IMG/VR virus record: IMGVR_UViG_3300031994_000070
From: an uncultured virus (IMG/VR IMGVR_UViG_3300031994_000070)
Lineage: Duplodnaviria > Heunggongvirae > Uroviricota > Caudoviricetes
Strand: one strand, 5' to 3'
DNA length: 64,000 bases
The position numbers and the translations under genes are program-made. Positions 1 to 9,666 of this stretch are shown piece after piece. Under the pieces are notes generated by a model. It saw only the letters and a list, made by a program, of their open reading frames with translations. It was not told the DNA's origin and did not search any database. Positions within the stretch are counted from its first letter, which is position 1; each line of letters starts with the position of its first letter.

Positions 1-3000
1 TGTGACCGAGAGGAATATGTATATGCTCCAAATACTTTCTACATTTCTACTCCTTTAGGAGATAAAGTTTTAGACCCAGATACAGTATTTAATAGTGAGT
101 ATGAATATTTTATTTTCAATGCTGATGAAGCGCATTCTGGCGCACAACCACTTGCAGAACCAGTAACTTATAATGGTCGTACTTATAATTATGATACCAA
201 AGAATATCGTAATGCTAAATTCACAAATGATTTAAGTAAGCATTTTAATATTGAATATTTAGTTACTTATTTCATTATGACTGAAGTATTTGAATGTTAT
301 GACTCCCGTGGTAAAAATGCTATGTTTGGTAGCTGGGGTCCTCAGCAAGAAGGCGGAGATTATATTTGGTATCCAATGTTCTATGATATTGATACTCAAT
401 TAGGTATTAATAATACTGGTATTCCTTCATTTGAATATTATGTTGATGCTACTGAAAATGGTACATTCTCAACAAATGATAGTATTCTTTGGAATAATCT
501 TTATAAGAACTTTAGAAGCCAAATTATTCAAAAATATAGACAATTAAGAGGCAAAGAATCTACCTATGGTACTTTAACTCATGCACCGCTTCAAACCGTG
601 GACAGAATTGAAAAATGGTATCTCGCTGACCCGACTGTTAGCAATAGTATTGCTATGAAAGGCGAAAGACCATTAATTGCTTTCAACTTAGATGAGTACT
701 TTAAGTATATTAGCATTACCAATGCCGCTGTTGGTTATCAAGACCGTAATGGTGGTACCGGATATGATAATGGTACTTATTTCTATGCATTACAAGGTGA
801 TAGAAGCTTATCTAGACAGCAGTTCTTAACTAATCGTTTTAATTATATTGATTCTTGGCTGAATCAAGGTAACTATGAACGTGGTGGTACTAATATTATT
901 AGAGGACGTATTGCTGCTAATAGTCCATCTAACACCTCTGATAAATGGATTGAGGGAGAAAATAAAAATACAGAACCAGCATTAATTACTAATGTTCCTT
1001 ATTGGACAGATTCTACTAAAACAAAGAAAACCCATATGTTTGATGGTGAATATTGGATTACGATGGAGCCAGTAAGAAATTCTTATGTAACTGTTGGTAC
1101 TGATACAGCTAACTTCCCATCATTAAAATATACCAATATTGAAGGGCCGGTTAAATTTGAAACACCAGACCTTGAGAATGGTGTTCGTACTAGTGGCGGT
1201 TACCATGAACAACTCTACTATGTATATGGTTTAGACCAAATGAAGAGTTTAGGAGATATGAGTAAACTCTATTGGACTGAATTTAATATTGAAGGTAGCG
1301 CAACTAAAATGACTGATTTATTATTAGGATATGATGGTCTTGATGAAAATAGTGACCATTATGCAAATGATAATATCAATATGTATGGTATTCACGCAAG
1401 TAATTCTGCTACAGATAACGGTGGTATGCCATTATTAAAGAAAGTTAATATGTCTTATATTAAGTTTAATGATACTGCGCCCACCTATAATTTTGCAAGT
1501 TGTGAGAAATTAGAAGATTTTAGAGCAATTGGTTCTAATATTACTAATATAACATTTGCAGATGGAGTAGCTTTACAAACATTATACCTGCCCGAAACAA
1601 TTAAAACACTTAATTTAGTTGAAGCAACTAAATTAAATAATATTGTTACTCAATATGTGCCTAGACAGGACGGTGCAACACCTCCAGTTGATGTAACCCC
1701 TGGACTTTATATTCCAGGCTTAACAGAGCCGTCACAAGGTGGTACTTATACTAGCAAGATTGAACAATTATCATTGATTGGGGATTGCTTAGGTTATGAT
1801 AGTTATGTATTATTAAATAATTATTATCAAGCTCGTAGTGGTTCTCCTTCATCTAAAGTAACAATTACTGAAGTTGATTGGAGTCCATATAAACAAATTG
1901 ATGTTGGAACTGAGTACGATGCTGACGCAGCTGCAAATCATGAATATTGGCTTGATGATGGCCACTATGGATTTAAGGAATACACTCATACAACTTATGA
2001 TAATTGGAATCTTTGTATTAAGAATGGCGAACTTTATCGATTAGATAGAGATTTATTAACTGCAAAGCAAAATTTAATTACTGACGCGCAGTTACTTCTT
2101 AATTTAAAGAACGCTACCAATTTCATTAGTACAGCAGAAACTAATTATGAAATTCCAATTATTAGTGGTATCATATTTATCAACAATGAATCTCCAATGG
2201 ATGAGGTTGAAATACAAACCACTCTTGCTTCAGCTTATCCAAACTTAAAATTATTCTTTGCAAATGTTACACAACATCCTGCTGCTAAATATGTCGTACT
2301 TAATGATGACGGCACATATGATTTATTAGCAAGAAAGACATTGGGCGCTGGTGAAACAAGATTCCCTGACCCTACCGATGCTTCTTCTGGTATTTTATCA
2401 TCTGCTGAATTAGATAGATATGATACAAGAAGTTCATACGATTTCTATGGTTGGAGTACACAGCCATTAAGTCCAAGTGCTGTAGCGGCATTACCTAATA
2501 ATTGGTATGAAGCTAGTCAAGGTCGCTTATTAGTTACAACTAATAATGCCAATTCTGCTGCATTATTACCAAGTCAACAATATAATAATTGGAATTCATT
2601 TGAATTAACTGAAGGCGTAAATGATTATACATTCTATGCAGTATTTGGTATTCATAAATACGTAATGAGTTATTATCTCTATGTTGATGAAAATGGTAAT
2701 TATAGCACCGACGCCGCTAATATAGATAAAGTATTAGTTCCAGCAGGTGAATATATAGTTGATAATCCTACCAAGAAAATGCCATATCGTGATGATACTG
2801 CTTTAGGTCCTAATGGCTTATGGAAATTTATAGGTTGGGGATTAAATCCTGAAAGTACTGTGCCAGTAGAATGGACTAATGCAGCTATTGGACGTGCTTC
2901 AAGAGATAGACGTTTTTATCCAATATTTACTGCAATTGATGTACATGATGAACCAACCGATGAAAAGTATTTCACAATTTATAATGGAGAGTTAATGCCC

Positions 3001-3609
3001 GCTCCTGGATATGAAGGATTAAAAGGTAAAATTACTTTACCAAATACAGTAAATGGCGTTACTGTAACATCCGTATCTGGTTTTAGCGGTCAAAATGGTT
3101 TAACTCACGTATTCGTTATGCCCGGTAATCAAATAACTACAATTGGTCAAGGTGGATTTACTGGTTGTACAAAATTACAATATTTTGAATGGCCAGAAAC
3201 CTTAGAAGTTATTAATGCAAATGCGTTTATGGAATGTGGAGCATTAACATCTACTGATTTCTCACATACGAAATTACGTAGAATTGGCTCACAGGCTTTC
3301 CGTGTTGCATTAGCTGGAGACCATGTGAATATTTATTTACCAGGAAGTACTTTAAAAGAGATTGGCCAAAACGCATTTACTTATTTAAATAATGCAACTC
3401 TTGAAACTATCACTTTTGGAAGTGCTGGAGATTTGTTTGATTTAAATAATGTATCGTATACGACTCCTATTAGCGCACAAAATAGTGGTGGTAAAGCTGA
3501 CCAATTAACTTATGTGCTTTATTTACCAGCTGATGTAACTACAGAAGTAATTAATCAATTCTTAGCTGGCAGTTATAGAGCTGGAGAATATACAACACCA
3601 AACAGGTAA
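1..3609 (+). CDS. Large virion-associated protein, 5'-truncated. CotH-kinase-like region, then LRR-like segments and C-terminal BspA-type leucine-rich repeats
   Basis: Frame is open from base 1 to TAA at 3607-3609. Motifs YDSRGKN and WYPMFYDIDTQLG resemble CotH-like kinases. C-terminal IGQGGFTGCTKL / INANAFMEC / IGSQAF repeats are BspA-like. Confidence 0.6.
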   Translation, partial: CDREEYVYAPNTFYISTPLGDKVLDPDTVFNSEYEYFIFNADEAHSGAQPLAEPVTYNGRTYNYDTKEYRNAKFTNDLSKHFNIEYLVTYFIMTEVFECYDSRGKNAMFGSWGPQQEGGDYIWYPMFYDIDTQLGINNTGIPSFEYYVDATENGTFSTNDSILWNNLYKNFRSQIIQKYRQLRGKESTYGTLTHAPLQTVDRIEKWYLADPTVSNSIAMKGERPLIAFNLDEYFKYISITNAAVGYQDRNGGTGYDNGTYFYALQGDRSLSRQQFLTNRFNYIDSWLNQGNYERGGTNIIRGRIAANSPSNTSDKWIEGENKNTEPALITNVPYWTDSTKTKKTHMFDGEYWITMEPVRNSYVTVGTDTANFPSLKYTNIEGPVKFETPDLENGVRTSGGYHEQLYYVYGLDQMKSLGDMSKLYWTEFNIEGSATKMTDLLLGYDGLDENSDHYANDNINMYGIHASNSATDNGGMPLLKKVNMSYIKFNDTAPTYNFASCEKLEDFRAIGSNITNITFADGVALQTLYLPETIKTLNLVEATKLNNIVTQYVPRQDGATPPVDVTPGLYIPGLTEPSQGGTYTSKIEQLSLIGDCLGYDSYVLLNNYYQARSGSPSSKVTITEVDWSPYKQIDVGTEYDADAAANHEYWLDDGHYGFKEYTHTTYDNWNLCIKNGELYRLDRDLLTAKQNLITDAQLLLNLKNATNFISTAETNYEIPIISGIIFINNESPMDEVEIQTTLASAYPNLKLFFANVTQHPAAKYVVLNDDGTYDLLARKTLGAGETRFPDPTDASSGILSSAELDRYDTRSSYDFYGWSTQPLSPSAVAALPNNWYEASQGRLLVTTNNANSAALLPSQQYNNWNSFELTEGVNDYTFYAVFGIHKYVMSYYLYVDENGNYSTDAANIDKVLVPAGEYIVDNPTKKMPYRDDTALGPNGLWKFIGWGLNPESTVPVEWTNAAIGRASRDRRFYPIFTAIDVHDEPTDEKYFTIYNGELMPAPGYEGLKGKITLPNTVNGVTVTSVSGFSGQNGLTHVFVMPGNQITTIGQGGFTGCTKLQYFEWPETLEVINANAFMECGALTSTDFSHTKLRRIGSQAFRVALAGDHVNIYLPGSTLKEIGQNAFTYLNNATLETITFGSAGDLFDLNNVSYTTPISAQNSGGKADQLTYVLYLPADVTTEVINQFLAGSYRAGEYTTPNR

Positions 3610-3626
3610 TAAAGGAGGAATAACTA

Positions 3627-3845
3627 ATGAAAAAAAGAATTGTTTATCAATATGAAAACAATAATGGCGAAGTTCTTTCTAGTTACGTCCGTTTAGATGG
3701 TGTTCCTTATAAAAAACACTATGAAATAATGGCTGAGGATGGTAAACTTTTAACCATGGATAATAAACATTTTTATAAAAATATTGTTATTAATCCTACT
3801 AACCTTGGTAAATGGAAAGAAGTAAAGGATAATGGTCAAATCTAG
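3627..3845 (+). CDS. Small hypothetical protein
   Basis: 72 aa ORF with AAGGAGG RBS, ends in TAG. Confidence 0.75.
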   Translation: MKKRIVYQYENNNGEVLSSYVRLDGVPYKKHYEIMAEDGKLLTMDNKHFYKNIVINPTNLGKWKEVKDNGQI

Positions 3846-3880
3846 CCATTTTCCACTAAATAAAAATTAATTATAATGAA

Positions 3881-3901
3881 GGGGAGGGAATCTCCCTCCC
3901 C
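3881..3901 (+). promoter_or_regulatory. GC-rich hairpin just downstream of a TATAAT (possible 5' stabiliser)
   Basis: GGGGAGGGA-ATC-TCCCTCCCC follows TATAAT at 3872-3877; there is no U-tract. Confidence 0.45.
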
Positions 3902-3929
3902 CATTGACTTTAAAAAGGAGGAAAATATA

Positions 3930-5810
3930 GTGATTACATATATAAAGAGTCAAGAAGCCAAACTCTTTACGGCAGCTGCTACTGAATTAGGAGTAGCGCC
4001 AGCAGATTTTACGATTGACCAATATTTAAATCGCTTAAGCGAGCTCAAAGAGATAAGCCCTAGATTTGTTCGTTTACCTTTATATGAAGATGGACATGAA
4101 GACGAAGAGATTTTTGAGATTGATGCTAATGCAAGAACTATTGCAGTACCCCGTTCCTTCGCAAGTAATGGTGTGGGTGTTGTTAGCGATGAATTAGCTG
4201 AAACTCTTTGGTTTAGAATCAATCGTTATTTCGATATTAAAGATTTTGGCAAAGCTGCTGGTGTTGTAGGAGACCAATTAAAAGATGGTAATTTACATAT
4301 TTTAATTGAGTGGGAGGCTCCCGATGGAGAAAAGGGTGCTTCTTGGGCATATGCTATTGATAAAGACACCGATGCAGATTACATATATTTTGGTTGGGCA
4401 TTAACATCTGACCATTTAACAGCTAAGGCTGGACAAATTAAGTTTGCAATTCGTATTATTCAATACAATGCAGATGGTATTGCTTATAGCTTTGCTACTC
4501 AGGTTGCCAATGTTACAGTTAAACCGACTCTCGAGTTTGATTTAGGCGCAGAAGATTTCTTACTTGAATCTGTTGCTGATAAAATTAGTAATAGACTTAT
4601 GGGCGGTCAGATTGCGTTCTGCCCTGTATTTGTAGATACTCCAGCAGAAGAAGAAGGCGGAGAGCCTATCTCTGGAGACCTTAATGATTATCTTGCCAAT
4701 ATTGAAAGTGGTGAAACTACACGTTTAACTGTAAATGCAGCTGCCCCAGAGGGTGAAACTTATGATGCTATGGCATACATTTGGTATAAAAAAGGTAAGG
4801 ATGAAACTGAATTTAGTGAAGTAACTGAAGGGGATGGCGTTTATACTCCATCATTAGCTGTAACTTCTTCTGGCCAGTACTATGTTGTAGTTTATGGTAT
4901 GAAAGAAATTGTAGATAACACTATTTATACTTATGACAATGAAACAAGAACAGTGTCAGATGAGAAGGAACCTTTCTGGTATCATACTTCAGTTGCAAGT
5001 ACTAAGAGTACAGTTTGTGAAATTCCTATGCCAATTCCACTCGTTATTGAAAGATTCCCTGCTGAATATGCAATTATGGCTAGTGGACAAGATGAGCAGA
5101 TTGAATTTATTTTAACTGGTCGCCAAACTATTAAAGATGCTATTAAAGTAGGAACTCCTAGTTTATTAGTAGAAAAAAGTGAAAACGCTGCTTTCGTTGA
5201 TGACCCAAAAACTTTATCATACGAAGAATTTAGACTTGCAGATGACCAAGTAATATTTGATGAGGAACATAATGCTTTAATTTTCAAGACAAGTATAACA
5301 ACAACTACAACAACTCCTAGTGAAGAAGAAGATGGCGAGCCAACAGTTACAACTACTACAACAAATATTCCTGAAGGATATTATAGATTTACAGTATTAA
5401 ATACTTTAAATGGAGATACTGCCGCAACAGAACCTGCATTTATTATTCGTATTACTGAACCTGCTAAATCAGCCGCAAGCGACCTTCAACTGATTGCTGT
5501 TAATGCCGATGGTACTGCATATAATGGAACTAGCAATCCTAGTGTAGTTAATCGCAATGAATTAAGAATTAATTATACTAGATTTACTCCTGAGCAATCT
5601 GATGGTGTTGCATATGAGTGGTTCAAGAGAGTTGGTGAACAAGTTAACCCTGAAGATATTGAGGGAGAAGCTACTGACTTATTAATTGAAAGTGCAACCA
5701 CTGAGGCTTATGCTCCTACAGCATCTGGCGCATATTATGCAAGAATAATTAATACATTTAATAATACTGTTAGCAAAACACTTACAAACGTAGTTGTATT
5801 TACTGACTAA
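3930..5810 (+). CDS. Baseplate/tail protein with BppU-N-like domain and Ig-like C-terminal domains
   Basis: GTG start 3930 follows AGGAGG. IDANARTIAVP..AETLWFRINRYFD..AGQIKFAIR is paralogous to the next gene. Y-x-W-Y/F Ig-like motifs are present. Confidence 0.6.
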   Translation: MITYIKSQEAKLFTAAATELGVAPADFTIDQYLNRLSELKEISPRFVRLPLYEDGHEDEEIFEIDANARTIAVPRSFASNGVGVVSDELAETLWFRINRYFDIKDFGKAAGVVGDQLKDGNLHILIEWEAPDGEKGASWAYAIDKDTDADYIYFGWALTSDHLTAKAGQIKFAIRIIQYNADGIAYSFATQVANVTVKPTLEFDLGAEDFLLESVADKISNRLMGGQIAFCPVFVDTPAEEEGGEPISGDLNDYLANIESGETTRLTVNAAAPEGETYDAMAYIWYKKGKDETEFSEVTEGDGVYTPSLAVTSSGQYYVVVYGMKEIVDNTIYTYDNETRTVSDEKEPFWYHTSVASTKSTVCEIPMPIPLVIERFPAEYAIMASGQDEQIEFILTGRQTIKDAIKVGTPSLLVEKSENAAFVDDPKTLSYEEFRLADDQVIFDEEHNALIFKTSITTTTTTPSEEEDGEPTVTTTTTNIPEGYYRFTVLNTLNGDTAATEPAFIIRITEPAKSAASDLQLIAVNADGTAYNGTSNPSVVNRNELRINYTRFTPEQSDGVAYEWFKRVGEQVNPEDIEGEATDLLIESATTEAYAPTASGAYYARIINTFNNTVSKTLTNVVVFTD

Positions 5811-5832
5811 TACGGGAAGGAGGTAATTTATT

Positions 5833-6504
5833 ATGATTACATCCGCTTATGAATATTTATCCCATATTCAAGAAATTCAAAATATTAATCTTCGTAAAGA
5901 AAGATTAAGTATTCCTGAGAGTGAACCAATTTACGCGATTGATTTAAATACCCGTACAATTGAAACACCGACTTTCTTAAGTGTTGAAACAGACCATACT
6001 GCTGAGACAGTATTCTTTAAAGTAGACCGCTATTTCGATACAGTCGATTTAGCGGACTCTACTTGTATTATTCAATACATCAACGCTAAAGGTAAATCTT
6101 ATATTTATGCAGCTCCAATTTATGACACTCAGACATTAGCTGCTGAGGGTAAGATGTTAATTCCTTGGGTTATTCAAGGACCGGCTACTGCTTCTGCTGG
6201 TACTATTAAATATGCAATTAGGTTTTATAAACTTAAGAAAACAACAGAAACCATCCAAGATGGTGATGGAGTAATTAATACAGAAGAACCTAAATATGAA
6301 TTTGAGTATATTATCAATACAATTCCTTCAACAAGCAGAATTCTGTCTGGCTTAGGTGATAAAGGATATACAATTGCAGAAGCGGCTTTTGAAGAAGAGC
6401 TGTCTAAAAAAGATATAACAAGTCTTGAATTTATTTTAGAAAGATTAAATAGACTTGAAAATTCAGACGGATTTAATATTTATTGGACCGATTTATTTGA
6501 CTAA
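5833..6504 (+). CDS. BppU-N-like baseplate protein
   Basis: IDLNTRTIETP..AETVFFKVDRYFD..AGTIKYAIRF; GGAGGT RBS. Confidence 0.6.
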   Translation: MITSAYEYLSHIQEIQNINLRKERLSIPESEPIYAIDLNTRTIETPTFLSVETDHTAETVFFKVDRYFDTVDLADSTCIIQYINAKGKSYIYAAPIYDTQTLAAEGKMLIPWVIQGPATASAGTIKYAIRFYKLKKTTETIQDGDGVINTEEPKYEFEYIINTIPSTSRILSGLGDKGYTIAEAAFEEELSKKDITSLEFILERLNRLENSDGFNIYWTDLFD

Positions 6505-6506
6505 TT

Positions 6507-6542
6507 AAAAAACGGGCTTCTTTTTAGAAGCCCGTTTTTTTT
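6507..6542 (+). terminator. Rho-independent terminator (bidirectional layout)
   Basis: A6-CGGGCTTCT-TTTT-AGAAGCCCG-T8. Confidence 0.85.
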
Positions 6543-6666
6543 ATGGTCATTTTAGAATAAGTTAATAGCAAATAAAATCAAATATAAATAGAGATAATAT
6601 TTTCCATTGGACAGTAAGATACGCAATAGGAAAATTAAGAAATAGTTATATTATTGCGACTTACTG

Positions 6667-6707
6667 TACCCCTTGGGAGATAGGAACCCCAAGGGGTATT
6701 TTTTTTT
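6667..6707 (+). terminator. Rho-independent terminator in the leader of the tail-fibre operon
   Basis: TACCCCTTGGG-loop-CCCAAGGGGTA followed by T9, directly upstream of the RBS of the gene at 6729. Confidence 0.75.
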
Positions 6708-6728
6708 AGGAAAGGAGAAAAGAAACGT

Positions 6729-7160
6729 ATGGCACTTTTTAAAATATTACGTGGTGATTCAAGCAGATTAAGCTCTGTAGCGCTTAATGATGGTTTTGCT
6801 TATTTCACCCCTGACAATGGAAGATTTTACATAGATGTAGCTTTAGATAAAGCGCCTCTTAATATACCAATATTTAAGCAAGGTCAGGTAAATGGGAAAA
6901 CAGTTTATAGGCTCGAATTGCGTCCATCAGTTGCTGATACTGCAGTTTTAGCAAATACAGCAACATATGATACCGCACCTACATACGACCCAGACACGGG
7001 CTTGCCTCGACCAATTATAGACACGTATATAGCAGATTTATCATTTAATTATGCTACAAGTACTTTAACAATGACTAGACCGGGTGGAAGAAATACAACC
7101 ATTCAAATTCCGCCATTGGTTCAAGTTAAAACATGAACAGCTGCGGACGTAGCTAACTAA
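6729..7160 (+). CDS. Tail-associated protein, 143 aa (1 in-frame TGA=Trp)
   Basis: TGA 7134-7136 reads VQVKT-W-TAADV, similar to the VQIVRW end of the 13063 gene. TAA 7158-7160 abuts the next RBS. Confidence 0.65.
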
Positions 7161-7173
7161 AAGGAGGTAGCCT

Positions 7174-9654
7174 ATGCCAATTTATTTTAATCGTGAAAAA
7201 ATTGATGGTGTAGTTGTTGGAACAGCCTCTGGAAGTACAGCCGGCGCCACTTTACAAAATGCAAGTGATTTACGTGCCGGTTTAATTGCTTATGGACGAT
7301 ATGGCCAAATAACTGGTACAATGCCAGATTTAGCGGCCACGACTTATACTCCTGGCACAACTAACCAAGTAATCTCAGCTGGTAAATATATCGCTGGTGC
7401 GCAAACCATACTAGGCGATAGTAATTTAATTGCAGCGAATATTAAAGACGGAGTAACAATCTTCGGTGTTACTGGAACCCATGCTGGTGGAGGTAATTTT
7501 ACAACCCAATCAAAAACGGTAACTCCAACAGAGACCAGGCAATACGCAACCCCTGACTCTGGATATGATGGCTTAAGTCAAGTTGTTGTAGAGCCGATTT
7601 CAAGTACTTATATAGGTAGTAGCATTACACAACGTACTGCTACCGATGTAACCGCCTCTGGGGCAAGTGTTATAGTGCCTGTTGGATATTATGCGTCTAA
7701 AGTCACAAAATCTGTTGCAACAGCAACCCAAGCAACACCTTCAGTTTCAATTGATAACACTGGTTTAATTACTGCAAGCGCAACACAAACCGAGGGTTAC
7801 GTTGCTGCTGGTACTAAATCAGATACACTGCAATTAACCACAAAGGCCGCAACAACAATTACACCAAGCGCTTCAGCCCAAACAGCTGTAGCTAAAAACG
7901 TGTATACATTAGGAGCAATTTCAGTAGCAGCTGTTCCTTCAGAAACAACTACAATTACATCTAATGGAACCCATTCCCCAAGTTCTGGAAAATGGTTTTC
8001 TTCAGTTACTGTAAATGTTCCTACTGGAGGTACAATCAACAATCAAAATAAAACAGTTACTCCTACTAAAAGTCAGCAAAGTGTTTCTGCGGATAGTGGA
8101 TATACCGGTTTAGGAACTGTAACTGTTAATGCTATTCCGGCCGCTTATATTACAACTAGTGATGCCGATGCGGTCGCAGCAAATATTTTAAAGAATAAAA
8201 CCGCTTATGTAAATGGTTCAAAAATTACTGGTAGTATGGCTAATAATGGCGCTACTGGCGGAACTATTACTGCACAAGGCGGCACATATACAATTCCAGC
8301 TGGATATACTAGTGGTGGTACAGTTACTGCCAGCCTTTCAGCTAGTAGTATTACTAATACCGCTTTAAATGTGGCTTCTTTTGAAGAAGAAACTGGGGAT
8401 TATGGTGTAAGAGCTAGTATCACAATTCCCGCTGGATATTATAATCAAACAACATTAACTAAAGATTTAAGTACAGTTTTACCAGCTCCAGATACTGCTG
8501 CCGCAGTAGGCCAAATTTTAGCTGGCTATCAGGCATATAATAATGAAGGTCAGTTATTAACTGGTACAATGACTAATAATGCTGCTTGGAGTAGAACATT
8601 AGACCAAACTACAACAAGTGTTACTATTCCAGCTGGTTATCATAATGGAACTGGTACTGTAAGTCATACAACTGTTAATATCCCAGACCCAACTATTAGT
8701 GTTAGTAGCGCTGGTGTAATTACTGCTTCTGGTAGTTGGACAAGAGGATTTACAACTGATAATAGTTATTCAAATACAAAACAATTAACAACTCAAGCGG
8801 CTAAAACAGTTACTCCAACAGAAAGCGAACAAACCGCAGTTGCTTCTGGCGTTTATACAACTGGAGTAGTTAAAGTTGGAGCAATTTCTTCAACTTATGT
8901 TGGTAGCGGAATCTCACAAAGAGATAGCGATGATTTAACAGTTAATGGCGGTACAGTGACCGCTCCGGCCGGATATTATAGCTCAGCTGCTAGCAAGTCA
9001 GTTGCATCAATGACATTACCGACAAGCGCAAGCTCAACGGCTGTATCTGGTGGCACAAGAAAAGCAACAATTGGCAGAAGCACAGCTGTGCAATATATCA
9101 ATATCCCAGTTGGATATAACTCTTCTACTGCGTATTATCAAATTAGCGCAACTCCAAATGGCAGTGTTACAGCACCAAGTTCAATTAGTGGTACAACAGC
9201 TACTGTTTCTACTGGAACCAATACATTAACTCTTACAAAGACTGTTAGTGTAACACCAAATGTAACAACAGCTGGCTATATTAGTGCTGGTACTGCTGGT
9301 AATAGTAGTGTTACTTTAACCGCTAATGTAACTACTAAAGCAGCTGCTACAATTACTCCAGGAACTTCAAATCAAACAATCGCTTCTGGCACCTATTTAA
9401 CTGGAACGCAGACGATTGCTGGAGATGCTGATTTAGTAGCTGGCAATATTAAATCAGGTGTAAATATTTTTGGAGTAAATGGTACATTTACAAGTGATGC
9501 TACGGCTGGCGCGACAGAAATTCTTGATGGTGTTACTGCTTACGTCGACGGAGAATTAATTACCGGCACACTTGTAATTAATAAATATTATACTGGAGCT
9601 ACGGCTCCGTCATCTTCATTAGGTAATAATGGAGATATTTATTTACAGCAATAA
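7174..9654 (+). CDS. Thr/Ala/Gly-rich repetitive tail-fibre-like protein, 826 aa
   Basis: Repeated IPAGY, KTVTPT..SGY.GL and GD..L.A.NIK.GV.IFGV.GT modules; ends GATAPSSSLGNNGDIYLQQ. Confidence 0.7.
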   Translation: MPIYFNREKIDGVVVGTASGSTAGATLQNASDLRAGLIAYGRYGQITGTMPDLAATTYTPGTTNQVISAGKYIAGAQTILGDSNLIAANIKDGVTIFGVTGTHAGGGNFTTQSKTVTPTETRQYATPDSGYDGLSQVVVEPISSTYIGSSITQRTATDVTASGASVIVPVGYYASKVTKSVATATQATPSVSIDNTGLITASATQTEGYVAAGTKSDTLQLTTKAATTITPSASAQTAVAKNVYTLGAISVAAVPSETTTITSNGTHSPSSGKWFSSVTVNVPTGGTINNQNKTVTPTKSQQSVSADSGYTGLGTVTVNAIPAAYITTSDADAVAANILKNKTAYVNGSKITGSMANNGATGGTITAQGGTYTIPAGYTSGGTVTASLSASSITNTALNVASFEEETGDYGVRASITIPAGYYNQTTLTKDLSTVLPAPDTAAAVGQILAGYQAYNNEGQLLTGTMTNNAAWSRTLDQTTTSVTIPAGYHNGTGTVSHTTVNIPDPTISVSSAGVITASGSWTRGFTTDNSYSNTKQLTTQAAKTVTPTESEQTAVASGVYTTGVVKVGAISSTYVGSGISQRDSDDLTVNGGTVTAPAGYYSSAASKSVASMTLPTSASSTAVSGGTRKATIGRSTAVQYINIPVGYNSSTAYYQISATPNGSVTAPSSISGTTATVSTGTNTLTLTKTVSVTPNVTTAGYISAGTAGNSSVTLTANVTTKAAATITPGTSNQTIASGTYLTGTQTIAGDADLVAGNIKSGVNIFGVNGTFTSDATAGATEILDGVTAYVDGELITGTLVINKYYTGATAPSSSLGNNGDIYLQQ

Positions 9655-9666
9655 GGAGGAGAAAAT

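Noticed and set aside
3876..3929. ATG 3876 as gene start
   Set aside because: It sits in the promoter/hairpin region; the AGGAGG RBS supports GTG 3930.
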